From Psammoneis japonica (lineage: Eukaryota), in the NCBI GenBank assembly GCA_008632985.1, contig QPGO01000180.1, positions 97,332-136,013 of the forward strand: a stretch of DNA of 38,682 nt, written 5' to 3'. The notes under the pieces were generated by a model. That model had not been told where the DNA came from and made no database searches. It saw nothing but the letters and a program-made list of their open reading frames with translations. Shown piece by piece: positions 10,927 to 22,173 of this stretch. Each line of letters opens with the position of its first letter. The stretch's first letter is position 1. A program made the position numbers and the translations under genes.

Positions 10927-12492
10927 ATGGTAGTTACGTCATTGGAACTCCTCTTTACCGGAGCAGGTCTATCGCTGGGCTCGTTGTTTCTGTATCGTTT
11001 CGTATTCGCCGATAGCAATAGCGTCAGAAAGAAGAAAAACAAAACCCTGCCTCCGCTTCCTCCTGCTGGACCGTCTCTGTCCGTGTTTGGAAAGGAAGCT
11101 CAAAGCTGCCGTCTTGCTCGGAATCAAATTCCTTGGGCGCAACAATATGGAAAGGTCTACACTATTTTCTCTCCCTTTACTGCTGTACTGCCAAACATTT
11201 GTCTTGTTGGCGACGTGGCTGTTGCCAAACAACTCTTGGTGGCTGAACAGTCGGCTCGCACCTTTACGTCTCGCGATGAGAAAGTGGCATGGGCCACAAG
11301 ACAGGGAGAAGGGGCGTCCCTCACGGGAATGCCCATGGGAGAGGAATGGAAATGGCGCAAGACGGCTCTTCTGAAAGAGTTTCACAAGAGGCGCATGGGA
11401 GATTCAGAGCGCGGCCTCTTGCCTCAGGTGGTGCAAACCAGTCACGTCTTGTGCGATCGGCTCCTCAAGGTGTCAGAGACACAAGAGCCTGTGCAAGTCG
11501 ATTTGATTACCACACAAATTGTGGTTGACGTGATTCTCTTCTTCATGTTTGGACGATCCATAGAATTTGATCCACAAGTTTTTCGAGACAGCGCACAAAC
11601 CATGCTCGAAGTGGTATTTCATTGTGCCATGAATCCGTTCCATTTCCTCTTACGGTATCTACCTTGGACCAAGTGTTATGCCATAGTTCGCCGTCGAGAT
11701 GCTGCTTGGAAGGCCGTGGACGATGTTATCCAACCTGAATTAAATCAAATCATTCAAGAGATTGATAGTCAGCCACCACCAGAAAAGATCAATCGAATGC
11801 CGGGTTCAGCCATGGCCTCGCTGCTATCCACTGAACCACGCTTTCGGGCGGGAGGAATGGATTCCTTGTTGGCCGACGCTCGGGTCTTTGTCCTGGCAGG
11901 CTTTGAGACTACCGCACACGGACTGTCGTTTGCCTTTGGGCTCTTGGCAACGCATCCAGAGATTGCCAATCAAATTGCCAAGGAGGGCAAGGCGGTCTGG
12001 AACTTGTTGGAGAGCGAGTCCGCGGACGATATTCAAGACGCATTGGACCAAGCGCCAACGGCACGGCTCTTTTTTGCCGAGTGTATTCGACTCTATCCCT
12101 TGGTTCCCACCTTGCCGGGCGCAGTCTTGCAAGATGTGACTGTGACGACTCGTCAAGGTGAGGTCTACGGCTTGCCAAAGGGCACGCAAGTGCTCTTTAC
12201 CAATATGGTATTGAATAGGCAAGAGGGCGGCGACAAGGTCAATCTGAGCCGCCCTCCCGATCAAGAACAGTTCTTTAACAATACCTTCAACACGGGGACA
12301 CACGTGTGCCCCGGTAAGGCCCTTTCGTTGCTGGAAGCCCACGTGTTTTTGCTCATGGCGGCAACCAAATTCGAATTTATTCTTCCGCCCGCGATTGGAG
12401 ACGAAGAAACAAAGAACCATATGGATTTTATGGATCACGTGTTACTCAAGCCCAAAGAGGGCATGCCTCTAATTGTAAAAGAGCGCGTGTAA
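10927..12492 (+). CDS. cytochrome P450
   Basis: N-terminal TM anchor, PPLPPAGP hinge, WKWRK C-helix, AGFETT I-helix, ECIR (ExxR) and FNTGTHVCPG haem-Cys motif. Intronless, 521 aa. Confidence 0.95.
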   Translation: MVVTSLELLFTGAGLSLGSLFLYRFVFADSNSVRKKKNKTLPPLPPAGPSLSVFGKEAQSCRLARNQIPWAQQYGKVYTIFSPFTAVLPNICLVGDVAVAKQLLVAEQSARTFTSRDEKVAWATRQGEGASLTGMPMGEEWKWRKTALLKEFHKRRMGDSERGLLPQVVQTSHVLCDRLLKVSETQEPVQVDLITTQIVVDVILFFMFGRSIEFDPQVFRDSAQTMLEVVFHCAMNPFHFLLRYLPWTKCYAIVRRRDAAWKAVDDVIQPELNQIIQEIDSQPPPEKINRMPGSAMASLLSTEPRFRAGGMDSLLADARVFVLAGFETTAHGLSFAFGLLATHPEIANQIAKEGKAVWNLLESESADDIQDALDQAPTARLFFAECIRLYPLVPTLPGAVLQDVTVTTRQGEVYGLPKGTQVLFTNMVLNRQEGGDKVNLSRPPDQEQFFNNTFNTGTHVCPGKALSLLEAHVFLLMAATKFEFILPPAIGDEETKNHMDFMDHVLLKPKEGMPLIVKERV

Positions 12493-12822
12493 TGTGAAGT
12501 TTTGATTTTAATAAGTTTTCTTGTGCTCCCTCCCTTGTTGTTTCTCCCCCCAAAGTCTTCGCAATTACCATTTATTGCTCGAAGCAGAGCGTTCCTGAGA
12601 TCGCACCCACGTCTCGGACATTGTTTGCAGTTCAATTGAGAGCGACTCTCCCCAACTTCTACCTACTGCTACTCTAGCTAGAGCTAGAGAGAGTAGCTAG
12701 ACGACTCTCTACATACTCTCTACTCTACGATCGCATCTTAGAAATACTTCCGTCCGTCTTCGTCCGGGCAGAAGATTTTTGCGCGCATTTTTCTCTTACT
12801 GCTGCGCTCACAACGAACGACC

Positions 12823-14872
12823 ATGGCTCGTCGTCGCAGCACCCGCTCAAGACTTGCCGCCGACAATGGTGGCGACGAAGACGATGCTGAGAGGGGACGT
12901 CGTCGCAGCACCCGCTCAAGACTTGCCGCCGACAATGGTAGCGACGAAGACGATGATGAGAGGGCGAGGCTACCCGCTGCTATGCGTGAGCGTAACCGTG
13001 CCGTGGCGGAACGAGAGGCGTCTCGTTTAGCTCGTCCAGAGAAACGAGCTGGAACCACCAAACTTTCTCACGCGTCCCGTAAAAAGAGTGCCGTGGCTAG
13101 TACACCGTTTGGATACCACGCCAAGATTTCGGCATCCGAAGAGACGGGCAACGAAGAGACAGAATGGTGTGGTCCTTTTAGCGTGGCACGTCAAATGATT
13201 GCCAAGCGAGAAGAAGCGCGGCGTCAGCGGGAGGAAGAGCAAGAGGAGAAAAATGAGCCTCATCATCCTCTGGACGACGTTATGATGCAAGTCGAATTGG
13301 AGAAGAAACGCAAGGCTCATCCGTCGCTGCAGTGGCGTGCAAAGTTTTCAGACGACCATGATGCTTCTGCGAATCTCTATTCTAAGAGGCAAAAGAGACA
13401 GCAAGCGCAATCTCGGGATCTCGACAAGATCCCTTCGTTGTTCAAGATTTGTCTTGATTTTGTGGTGAAAAATTTCGAGTACGTTGAAGCCCTGGGAAAT
13501 GTCGACAGCGCGATCCGCAGTGCAGTATGTAAGGAGTTGGTAGCTAAGAACAAGTTGGATGCAGCTGCTTTCCAAGCAATCGCCGAAGCTGGTATCGAGG
13601 TACGATGCTTCTGCACTTGAAGATGTTGCTGTGTGTTCTTTTCCTCACATTCATTCATACTGCCACCCCCGTTCTTGTTTTTAGACATTAGAGTTGATCG
13701 ACTGCTCAGAAATCAGTCAAGAACTGCTTACTAGCTCTCTAAAGTCTCTTATTCCCGCAGGATTGCGTTTTCTGGTGCTCAACCACTCTGGGCGATGTTT
13801 TGGCCCAAAGGCTGTCAAGGAAATCGTTGCTCTCTCGAAAGAACAGTCCATGCTTTATGCGGTATCTATTGGAGGAGCTTACTTGCTAAAAGATGATGAT
13901 GCAGCATCCTTCATCTCTGCTACAGCGTCGAGCCTCTCCTCCTTGGAGTTCAAGGCGTGTCCTCTTCTTGGAAGCAGCTTTTGCAACGCTCTTAACCAGA
14001 GTTTTGCATCGCCCAGCAACAATTGCCTGTTGGAACTAAACCTGGAAGACTTGGTTCTTACCAAAGAGAGTCTCATTGGATTATGCTCGTCAGACGCATT
14101 ACGGAATCTAAAAAGTCTGGGTTTAAGGCAAATCCCGGCGGTCGACGACGAAGTTGTCTTAAAGATTCTAGACTCTGTAGGAGACAATCTGGAAGCAATC
14201 GATTTGAGCGACAACTATATTCTTACCGACGAGATTCTTTCTGGTATTCGGCGCTCCAACGAAAGCGGTGGACTCAGAAGTTTGCACCTCTGCGGGCTCA
14301 AGAATCTTACGGCTGCGGGTCTGGAGGCTCTCTTTACTCACGGCATCTCTGGCTTACCGAGTCCACCAATGGTAAGAACTACAATAGCCACAGCTCCCAG
14401 TCTTTCATTCGTTGGATGTGCTGACTTTTCGTTTCGTTTCCCATAGCTTCGAACCTTGCATTTGACAGGATGCGCCTTTGATGCCGTTACTGATCAAGTC
14501 ATGGATCTCGTTTCAAAGGCGTCTTCAGGGAACCGCAACGATGCAAGGGCGCAAAGCGGAGCAATGTCCTCGATAGGTGGACTTGTGCATGTTGGCATCA
14601 ACGGGTCATCATGCACAGACGATACAATGGAGTACTTGGCCGCCACTTCGGCCTCGTCGTTAAAAGAGTTGGATGTCAGCTTTTGCCCAAACGTTACAGA
14701 TAAGGGAATGGGATATCTCGTATCCAAGACACCAAACTTGACCAAAGTTCACCTTTGGGGTTGTGCACAACTGAGCGATGAGTTTTTAGACGGCCACTGC
14801 CGAGTCGGAGACTCTAGCTTTCAAATCATCGGGGCGTGGATGAAAAAGGCGGGGGCTCGCTCACTTCGGTAA
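12823..14872 (+). CDS. RNI-like leucine-rich-repeat protein, Rad7-like; exons 12823-13599, 13685-14371, 14447-14872 (629 aa)
   Basis: WCGPFSVARQMI and IPSLFKIC motifs followed by cysteine-containing LRRs. GT-AG introns 13600-13684 and 14372-14446 join the three ORFs in frame. Rad7 assignment is from recalled motif resemblance. Confidence 0.8.
12829..12957 (+). repeat. intragenic tandem duplication encoding RRRSTRSRLAADNG[G/S]DEDD twice
   Basis: cgtcgtcgcagcacccgctcaagacttgccgccgacaatggt occurs at 12829 and 12898. Confidence 0.9.
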
Positions 14873-14999
14873 AGGGATGCAGTCTTTTGAGTGGTTCACC
14901 AAATACAATGAAAACCAGTAGTGTCTACTCCAGATAGTTTTTAGTTTCTACTTGTGTTCGTTTTACTATTTGCAAACAGGGAGAAAGACTCCCAAAAAA

Positions 15000-17900
15000 T
15001 CAGAGCTCCTTGTCTTCGTCTACTGTGCTCGTTGCATCGCTGGGGCTTTCCTCGATGTCTTCTTCCTCCAAAATATACGGCACATACAACCATTCTATCA
15101 CCGCATCGACGTTAGAACATCTCGTTGTCACGACTTGCTCCCCCTCCCATTCGCTTAGGGGTGGCAACTCGTCCGCGGCCTTTGTTGTCACGGGTTTCGA
15201 CTTTTTATTTCCTAGGTTCTTCTTTTTGTCTTCTTCCCATTCTTCCTCGTCACGGTCTCCCCTGCCATGCACCCCAAGGCACAAGTACGGTTCCTGATCT
15301 TTCCCGCTTTCTACTATCCTCTTCACAATGTACCGTGGGATTGTGGTGTGCATACTTCCGGCAGGCGTCATGTTGCCGTTGCCGAACGATACAAATTGAT
15401 GCCAACGTCGAATGCACGGGAAGACTTGCAAGTCACCTCCAGGTTGTGTCCGCTCTGATTCGCCGTCCAAGCACCTACCAGCACGCATTCCATCCACCTG
15501 CTTGAGCATACACCGTGGTCCTATTGGGCTAAAGATACCTTCGGTCATATTCATTTGGCCAGTTGGGCTAGGACAAGAAAAGGAAAGATAGATTTCAGAA
15601 AAAACTACGGGAACCCATCACAGGAACATACATTCAAGACTCACGTTCGTTCTAGAGAGCCATCCGAACTACACGGACCAATCTCCCAGCGATTATGTAG
15701 TAGTGTTTCTTCTTCAATGACGGCACCAGTCTCCCAGCCTGGCGCAAGTGTGCTTGGTACCCAGGAGTGAAAGCAAGGCACAAGTCGAAGCTGTAGAAAA
15801 AACGCAAGCCAAATCAGCCAAAAGCAAAAAGCCAAATAAAGGAAACACGCAGAGGCCTGTTCCTACCTTGTTTCCGGTGTCTCCAAGTCCAAGGCATAGG
15901 GGCTTGTCGTTCTGTACCGTTTCTTTGGCCAAGATCATCACGCCGTGCTCTGTGAAGCCACTCTCCGGTCCTTCACATTCAAAGGTAGATCTGTTCCCGA
16001 TTTCAGTTGTTCTTCTTCTTTTGCTCGATGTATGTCAAGATAGTCCTTGATTTTTGAGTCGGCTGAATCAGAGAACTTTCGTGCAAAGAGGTCTTCCGAG
16101 AGCTCCAAAACATCAATGTAGTCCACTGTCATTGTCGTTGGTGATCTCCCGCAATGGTCTGGTGAAGGCATAAGGCATTTCCTTTCATCTCGCTTCCCTT
16201 GCTCCAACTCACTTTCCCACCTGACAAAGGAGAACAGGGAAAGCGTGAGGCAATTCTAAAAAAGCCTTCGTTCACGGAAGTGCCACGAAACTTACCTGTC
16301 GAATTGAAGATGCAAAAAGTTCGTGTTGTGGTGCTTGTGACAGAATGGAGTATTCCTCAAAACAGTACCGAAAAAGGTCTCATCCGCAACGACGACATGC
16401 TGAACGTACTCGAGATAGTCGTGGACTAGGGTCCCCGGGCGTGCCTCGGCAATGTACTTAGTAAACTCTCGACTAAAATGAACCACTGACTGGATGTGTA
16501 GAGATCAATGCTTCCCTGTTTCTCAGTCATGGGCTCGAGCCGATAGATTCTATGCACGGCGTCATCGCATTCTACAAAGTAATGCCAATTGTGCGGGTGG
16601 ATCTTGCTCGGTTTCATAATTACGTTCATCATATTGGCATCGAGAGGGTATGACGCAATGCGCCTCCGAATCTCAGTATTAGATGCGATTGGATACGATG
16701 ATGCCGCAATGTGTACCATCTTGTGGAAATCAAGTGGCTCCGAATGCGCCTGATCAACTGCAAAAGCGTATTTAAAAGCTTGTAAGGTGGCATTCACCAT
16801 AGAAAATCCGCCCCAGTTGACTCTCACTCGATATGGATGCTGCAAAACGTGAACATGATCCCTCGAAGCGGCGTACTTTGTAAGTGTCTCTTGTACCTCA
16901 TCACTGCTCTCCTTGCCATCCACATGCACAACAAACACGTGGCCCTCTTCGTACAGTGCTTCAATCAATCGAATAGTCGCAGCCGCATCGTCGTGCGTCA
17001 ATACAGCATAGCACAGCTTGAGGTTGGCCGGGTCGTCAATGTATTCAGCCTCATCTCGCGGTGGCTGGTATGTTCTGTTTTGAATATGCCCAAAATGCAT
17101 GCCTTCCGGCAAGTTATCAAGGTCATATTTGGTTTCATTGCATTGGTTTTCAAACGAAACGTCGGCAAATGGAATGCTGTGTTCCGTCCCAAGAGCATTG
17201 ACAAAGTATCCAAAGTGCTCACCAATCAATGCGCGACACTCCCTTGTCTTAGCCTTTTCAAACACCTTAGTCATTCGCTTGTGCAACTAGAAAATGAAAA
17301 AGTAGTAATATGTGAGGGAAAACAGCAATGTTGCAGCTTGCAGGGCCCTACACAACAAAAAAGAGGCATTGACTAACTCACAGTGGCTCCAATACGGCTC
17401 ATGACTTGTCTCGCCGCCTCTGCTGGATCGTCCACTCCCAAGTCTAAGTCATGTAAGTTCACCAAAGTCCTTTGATTTGTCCTGGCATGCCGTGTCAGAC
17501 CATTGACTCCCGTCTTTCGAACTAGAGTAGAACCATCTCCGCCGTCATGGCCTTCTTCCAGAACAAACTCAAGTCCATCCTTGACACGCATCACTTGTTT
17601 CGGTTGAGACGTCATGACAAAGCTATTCATTCGATTACAGTTATCCTTTGTCGAGCCACAGCATTTGCTCAGCACATTGTGTACTTCAAACTTGTGTCCC
17701 TCGTAGGAATTCAGAGGCAACGAACCTCCGGGCTCCAACCGAGGAGAGCTCATTTTTGTCGTGTCGCCATTGGCGGGATTCACCCAAAACACTTCCAGCA
17801 TACAGGGACTGTCATTGATAAGTGTCAAGTGAACCGGATCCTTTTCAGAGGGAGGAACTGATACCTTCTTGGCCGTCACAACAAGGAGATTGGATGGCAG

Positions 17901-18131
17901 CAACCAACAGGCAAGCAGAGCAATGACAAACTTGAACGCAAACAACGACGGAATATTTTTGCGCCCTGACTGTTTCATCTCATAGGATAACTTATGCTGA
18001 AACACTGTGCAGTATTCTGTAGACATAGACGTACTTCTTACACCGTTGCCGTCGCCTTCCATCATGGTTCCGCTCGTTTTATTTCCTACCGGTACTGTAT
18101 GTTGCTGTATGTCTGTATGTCGTCTCGTCAT
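15000..18131 (-). CDS. core-2/I-branching (GT14) glycosyltransferase, xylosyltransferase-like, multi-exon; start codon uncertain
   Basis: YAVLTH, FVVHVDGK, RVNWGGFSMVNATL, SSYPIASN, SSQWFI, ADETFFGTVL and FARKF are GT14 motifs. N-terminal TM plus INDS..LEVFWVN...NSYEGHKF domain; Cys-containing ricin-B-like C-terminal repeats. Apparent 1-nt frameshift near 16478. Confidence 0.85.
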
Positions 18132-18601
18132 TGCGCGTCCGCCGTCGTCCGCCCGCAAAAAAATCGCAAGGGATAAAACGCGCACGTCTGCATGTGCGTC
18201 GCAAAGCATGGCGCATCGCGACATCCTCCCGGCCATGTGAACAGCCAAAGCAGAGCTGCAGGCAGAACATTGCGATGAGCTGCCATGTGGTAGAGCTGAA
18301 CATTCCTTGCTTATGTTGCATGGCACATGACTGGACTGGAATGCAAGTGGAAGCCACACGCCTCAGAAGAGCTCCACGTCTTGTCTCCTCGCTTTCAAGC
18401 CACCCAACAACAGCTTCGAGCTCTGGCTCACAGCTGCAAGGGCGGGGACAACCAAACAGACCAAACACACAATGACAGTCAAAAATTGTTGCACATGAGC
18501 CAACACAGTTGCACAAAAGCCATTCCAGGGTGAGACACCACACACGACAATTGATCAGCATCACAAAATTGCCGACGACTCAACTGCAATCCTGTTTGCA
18601 C

Positions 18602-21600
18602 AGTTGGACAAATGCTGTGTGATGATGCTGTGCACAACACATGCCCAAATGTGTGTGCAGAGAACGGACTCAACAATTGGCCGAGTGGCAATTTCTTGCC
18701 TCTTGGGTTGTTGAGAACCGCCCGCACTCGTCAGGTGCCGGCAGCAGTGTGCAGCACTCTGAGTGGTTGTGAGTCTTTGCGCTTCCTGAGGTTGCTGGTT
18801 CGAAATGGCCTCAAATCCAAGCCTCCTTTTCTTTCTCGGCCTGCCCCTTTCCAACCCCATCCAGGGTGGGCGGTTGGGCTTCGAACCCACTCCTCCCTTG
18901 GCCGGGTGCGCCACATGGCACCAACCCATCCTGCCCATCAGAGGGAGTGCATGGTCAAAATTTCGTAAGTCCGCCGTGCGGATGCACCACATGGCGACAA
19001 CCCATCCTGCAACAAGAGGGAGAGTTGGACAAATGCTGTGTGATGATGCTGTGCACAACACATGCCCAAATGTGTGTGCGGAGAAGGGGCTCAACAATCA
19101 GCCGAGTGGCAATTTCTTTGCCTCTTGGGTTGTTGAGAACCTCCAGTGCTCGTCAGGCAGTGTGCAGCATTCTGAGTGGTTGTGAGTCTTTACGCTTCCT
19201 GAGGTCGCTGGTTCAAATCGGCCTCAAATCCAAGCCTCCTTTTCTTTCTCGGCCTGCCCCTTTTCAACCCCATCCGGGGTGGGCGGTTGGGCTTCGAACC
19301 CACTCCTCCCTTGGCCGGATGCGCCACATGGCGCTAACCCATCCTGCTCAACAGAGGGAGTGCATGGTCAAAATTTCGTAAGTCCGCCGTGCGGATGCAC
19401 CACATGGTGACAACCCATCCTGCGACGAGAGGGAGAGTTGAACAAATGCTGTGTGATGATGCTGTGCACAACACACGCCTAAATGTGTGTGCGGAGAAGG
19501 GACTCAACAATTGGCCGAGTGGCAATTTCTTGCCTCTTGGGTTGTTGAGAACCACCCACACTCGTTAGGCACCGGCAGCAGTGTACAGCATTCTGAGTGG
19601 TCATGAGTCTTTGTGCTTCCTGAGGTCGCTCGTTCGAGTCGGCCTCAAATCCAAGCCTCCTTTTCTTTCTCGGCCTGCCCCTTTCCAACCCCATCCGGGG
19701 TGGGCGGTTGGGCTTCGAACCCACTCCTCCCTTGGCTTGGCATGGCCGGATGCGCCACATGGCACTAACCCATGGCAATCGTCCAGCTGCGCAGGTGGCT
19801 CTTCATGAACTGTGCAGGAAATGCACTGGAACTTGCGCAGAATCCCATGACAACACAGTTCCATTTCTGTGACGACAAGCAGAAAGGAACGGTCCAATCT
19901 GGTGCAAGTTGCACAACGACACGAAAGAGGGAATCCTCTTCATTTCCTTCATTCCACTCAAATGATCCCAATTTGGCACATTGCACCGTAAGAAATGGCC
20001 ACGCACATTGCACTTTGATGTGTCTCGGCATGGCAAACATCATGGGGCAGACGTGTTTTCCATGTGTGATCTCTTTCTGTTGCTGTTGTAAAAAATTTGA
20101 CACACTGACTTGGTTCCCTGGGGGGCTTTGGTTGCGACACACGGTGCAAACGGTTGCATGCAAAGACTCGTGCCTCAATTGCTGCACGCTGCGGGCAACA
20201 TCTGAATGGTCGACAACGTCGCCGAGGTAAGTTCTTTGTGCGTGTTTTTAATTTTGTTTCGTTTTCCCATTTGCCAAAGATCATTGTTGTTTTTTGTTTC
20301 AGCTCACAAGGTGGATTGATCATCTCATGTGGTCGATTGTTGCATCTGTGATGTTGGCATGTTTTTCAAGTCGTTGGTGCCGCCAAAGCACACCCGTTTG
20401 GGATCTTTATGCTTCACCCCACTCTACATCCTTTGGTGCACCCATTGTGTACATTGATGTGGATTTGTGACTTGCTTGACATCCTTCTTGGGGGCTTGGT
20501 CGGCACACAATCACGGCATGTCGTGTTTCGGCCATCACAATTTTTGGAAAGTGCACGCCGTAGGAACAAAATGACGCGATGGAGCCTGGAGGACACTTGC
20601 GATGATGGCAATTGTCAGACAGTCTTGTCACAGTCCAAAAAAGGTAATCCCACGAGTGTGTTGTAATTGTTTGAGTGTTTGACTCGTTTTGAAGAAACTT
20701 GCATGCCTCACAAGCATTTTTTGTGCGTCTCGTTCATGCGTGCAGGTGTCTGGTCTAAAGTGATCCTTTCCACCTGCCCTTCAACCGCATCATCATCAAC
20801 ATGCAAGACATGATGTCATCCGCATCATTTTGGGAGATCTTGATGGTGCAACTACGACTCCAGGCTTCACAATGTGTAAAATGGGGAGGTTGAGGCTTTT
20901 GTTGGCGGGCTCATCGCCTCCTCTTGAATGCGCGGATGCCACGAACCACTGATGGCACTTGGGGGCATAAAAATTGGCAAGGCGACTCAGCTCCACCTCT
21001 AAAAGGTGCCCCAGTGAGCACACTGTGACATGTTGCCCCAATGAATTGTCACTGTGCATGTTGTTCCACTCATGTTTTCATTTTGCCTGTCATTTTTTCA
21101 GCATGGACATCTGGGACTGCGAGCGCTTAAAGTGGCCTTTCCATGCCAATGCTCTGCACGACTCAAGTCCTTTGACAACAGTTGTTCCTTCAGGGAATCA
21201 GATTGTGGATCTTTTTGCATCTAGTCGGGTCTGCCAGAGAGGAAATGAGGTGGAGCCGGCTTTCAAAAGTGATGGAGTTCTGGCTCATCGGCAGTTGTGC
21301 ATCTCAACGGCAGCGTTGGCAGTGTGCGTGTAAATTTTCTGTGAGCAATGAAGCAGCAGATGATGCATTTAGATGGATCATGGCATGTTGCTGTTCTTTG
21401 GAGTCTTCACTGGCTAGAGAGCTGCGACTGCCCAGCAGCCACATGCATCGGAAGCGCCAATCGTCTGGGCGTCGTGCATGCCCCACTGCGGCACGAATGA
21501 ATCTCTCCCTCTCTCCTCCTCCTCCTTTTCCTCTTCTTTTTTTCACAAACTCGGAGCCACCTACATGACCGGACATGTGCCTGACCCATCCTGCCCACCA

Positions 21601-21837
21601 GAGGGAGTGCATGGTCAAAATTTCGTAAGTCCGCCGTGCGGATGCGCCACATGGCAATGACCCATCCTGCGACGAGAGGGAGAGTTGGACAAATGCTGTG
21701 TGATGATGCTGTGCACAACACATGCCCAAATGTGTGTGCGGAGAAGCGACTCAACAATTAGCTGAGTGGCAATTTCTTTGCCTCTTGGGTTGTTGAGAAC
21801 CTCCCGTGCTCGTCAGGCAGTGTGCAGCATTCTGAGT
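18602..21837 (+). repeat. tandem array of ~415-420-bp units, interrupted by a TIR element
   Basis: Units start agttg(g/a)acaaatgctgtgtgatgatgc at 18602, 19023, 19436 and ~21682. The array breaks at 19773 and resumes in register at 21582. Confidence 0.92.
19774..21581. mobile_element. 1.8-kb TIR element with GG termini and 8-bp TSD (Merlin/IS1595-like ends; no transposase recognised)
   Basis: 28-bp imperfect TIRs 19774-19801 and 21554-21581 (19/28 match, ggca...gtcc...aggtggctc). TSD TAACCCAT (19766-19773) / TGACCCAT (21582-21589). Neighbouring array units show the empty site. Confidence 0.8.
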
Positions 21838-22173
21838 TGCACAACTCGGTTGCGGACCGCAATCGAAATGACTGCAATCTGCTGATTGTTTGCATCACAT
21901 GGACACAAGGATTGCAATCATGTTTGTGATCGATTGCAGTCAAGTCATGAGTGAAATTTAGTCGTGAGTCCAGGACATTTTCTGATCAATGAGGCGAACA
22001 CGGGACTGACAAGAACCGAGCGCGAGAAACGAGAACAACAGATCAAGGGTGAATTTTGGACAACATGCCCAAAAACAAATGAAAAGTCTCAATGAGGTCT
22101 CATAATTTTGGAGCAATGACCGATTGACGCGCCATTTTCATCTGGTCATTTGGTTTCTTTTTTGAAGAATGCA

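Noticed and set aside
7274..14872. JmjC or Rad7-like genes as the machinery of the hypermutation
   Set aside because: Proximity is not evidence in a eukaryote, the JmjC protein appears plastid-targeted, and neither has a deaminase or methyltransferase motif.
3340..16490. Frameshifts in host genes (ankyrin ~3355; JmjC ~7897, ~8290, ~8940; membrane protein; GT14 ~16478) as pseudogenisation or programmed frameshifting
   Set aside because: Mostly single-base losses at short homopolymers in otherwise well-conserved genes, typical of long-read consensus errors. Needs read-level checking.
18602..19773. CRISPR array
   Set aside because: Units are ~420 bp and similar along their whole length, with no unique spacers and no cas genes; the context is eukaryotic.
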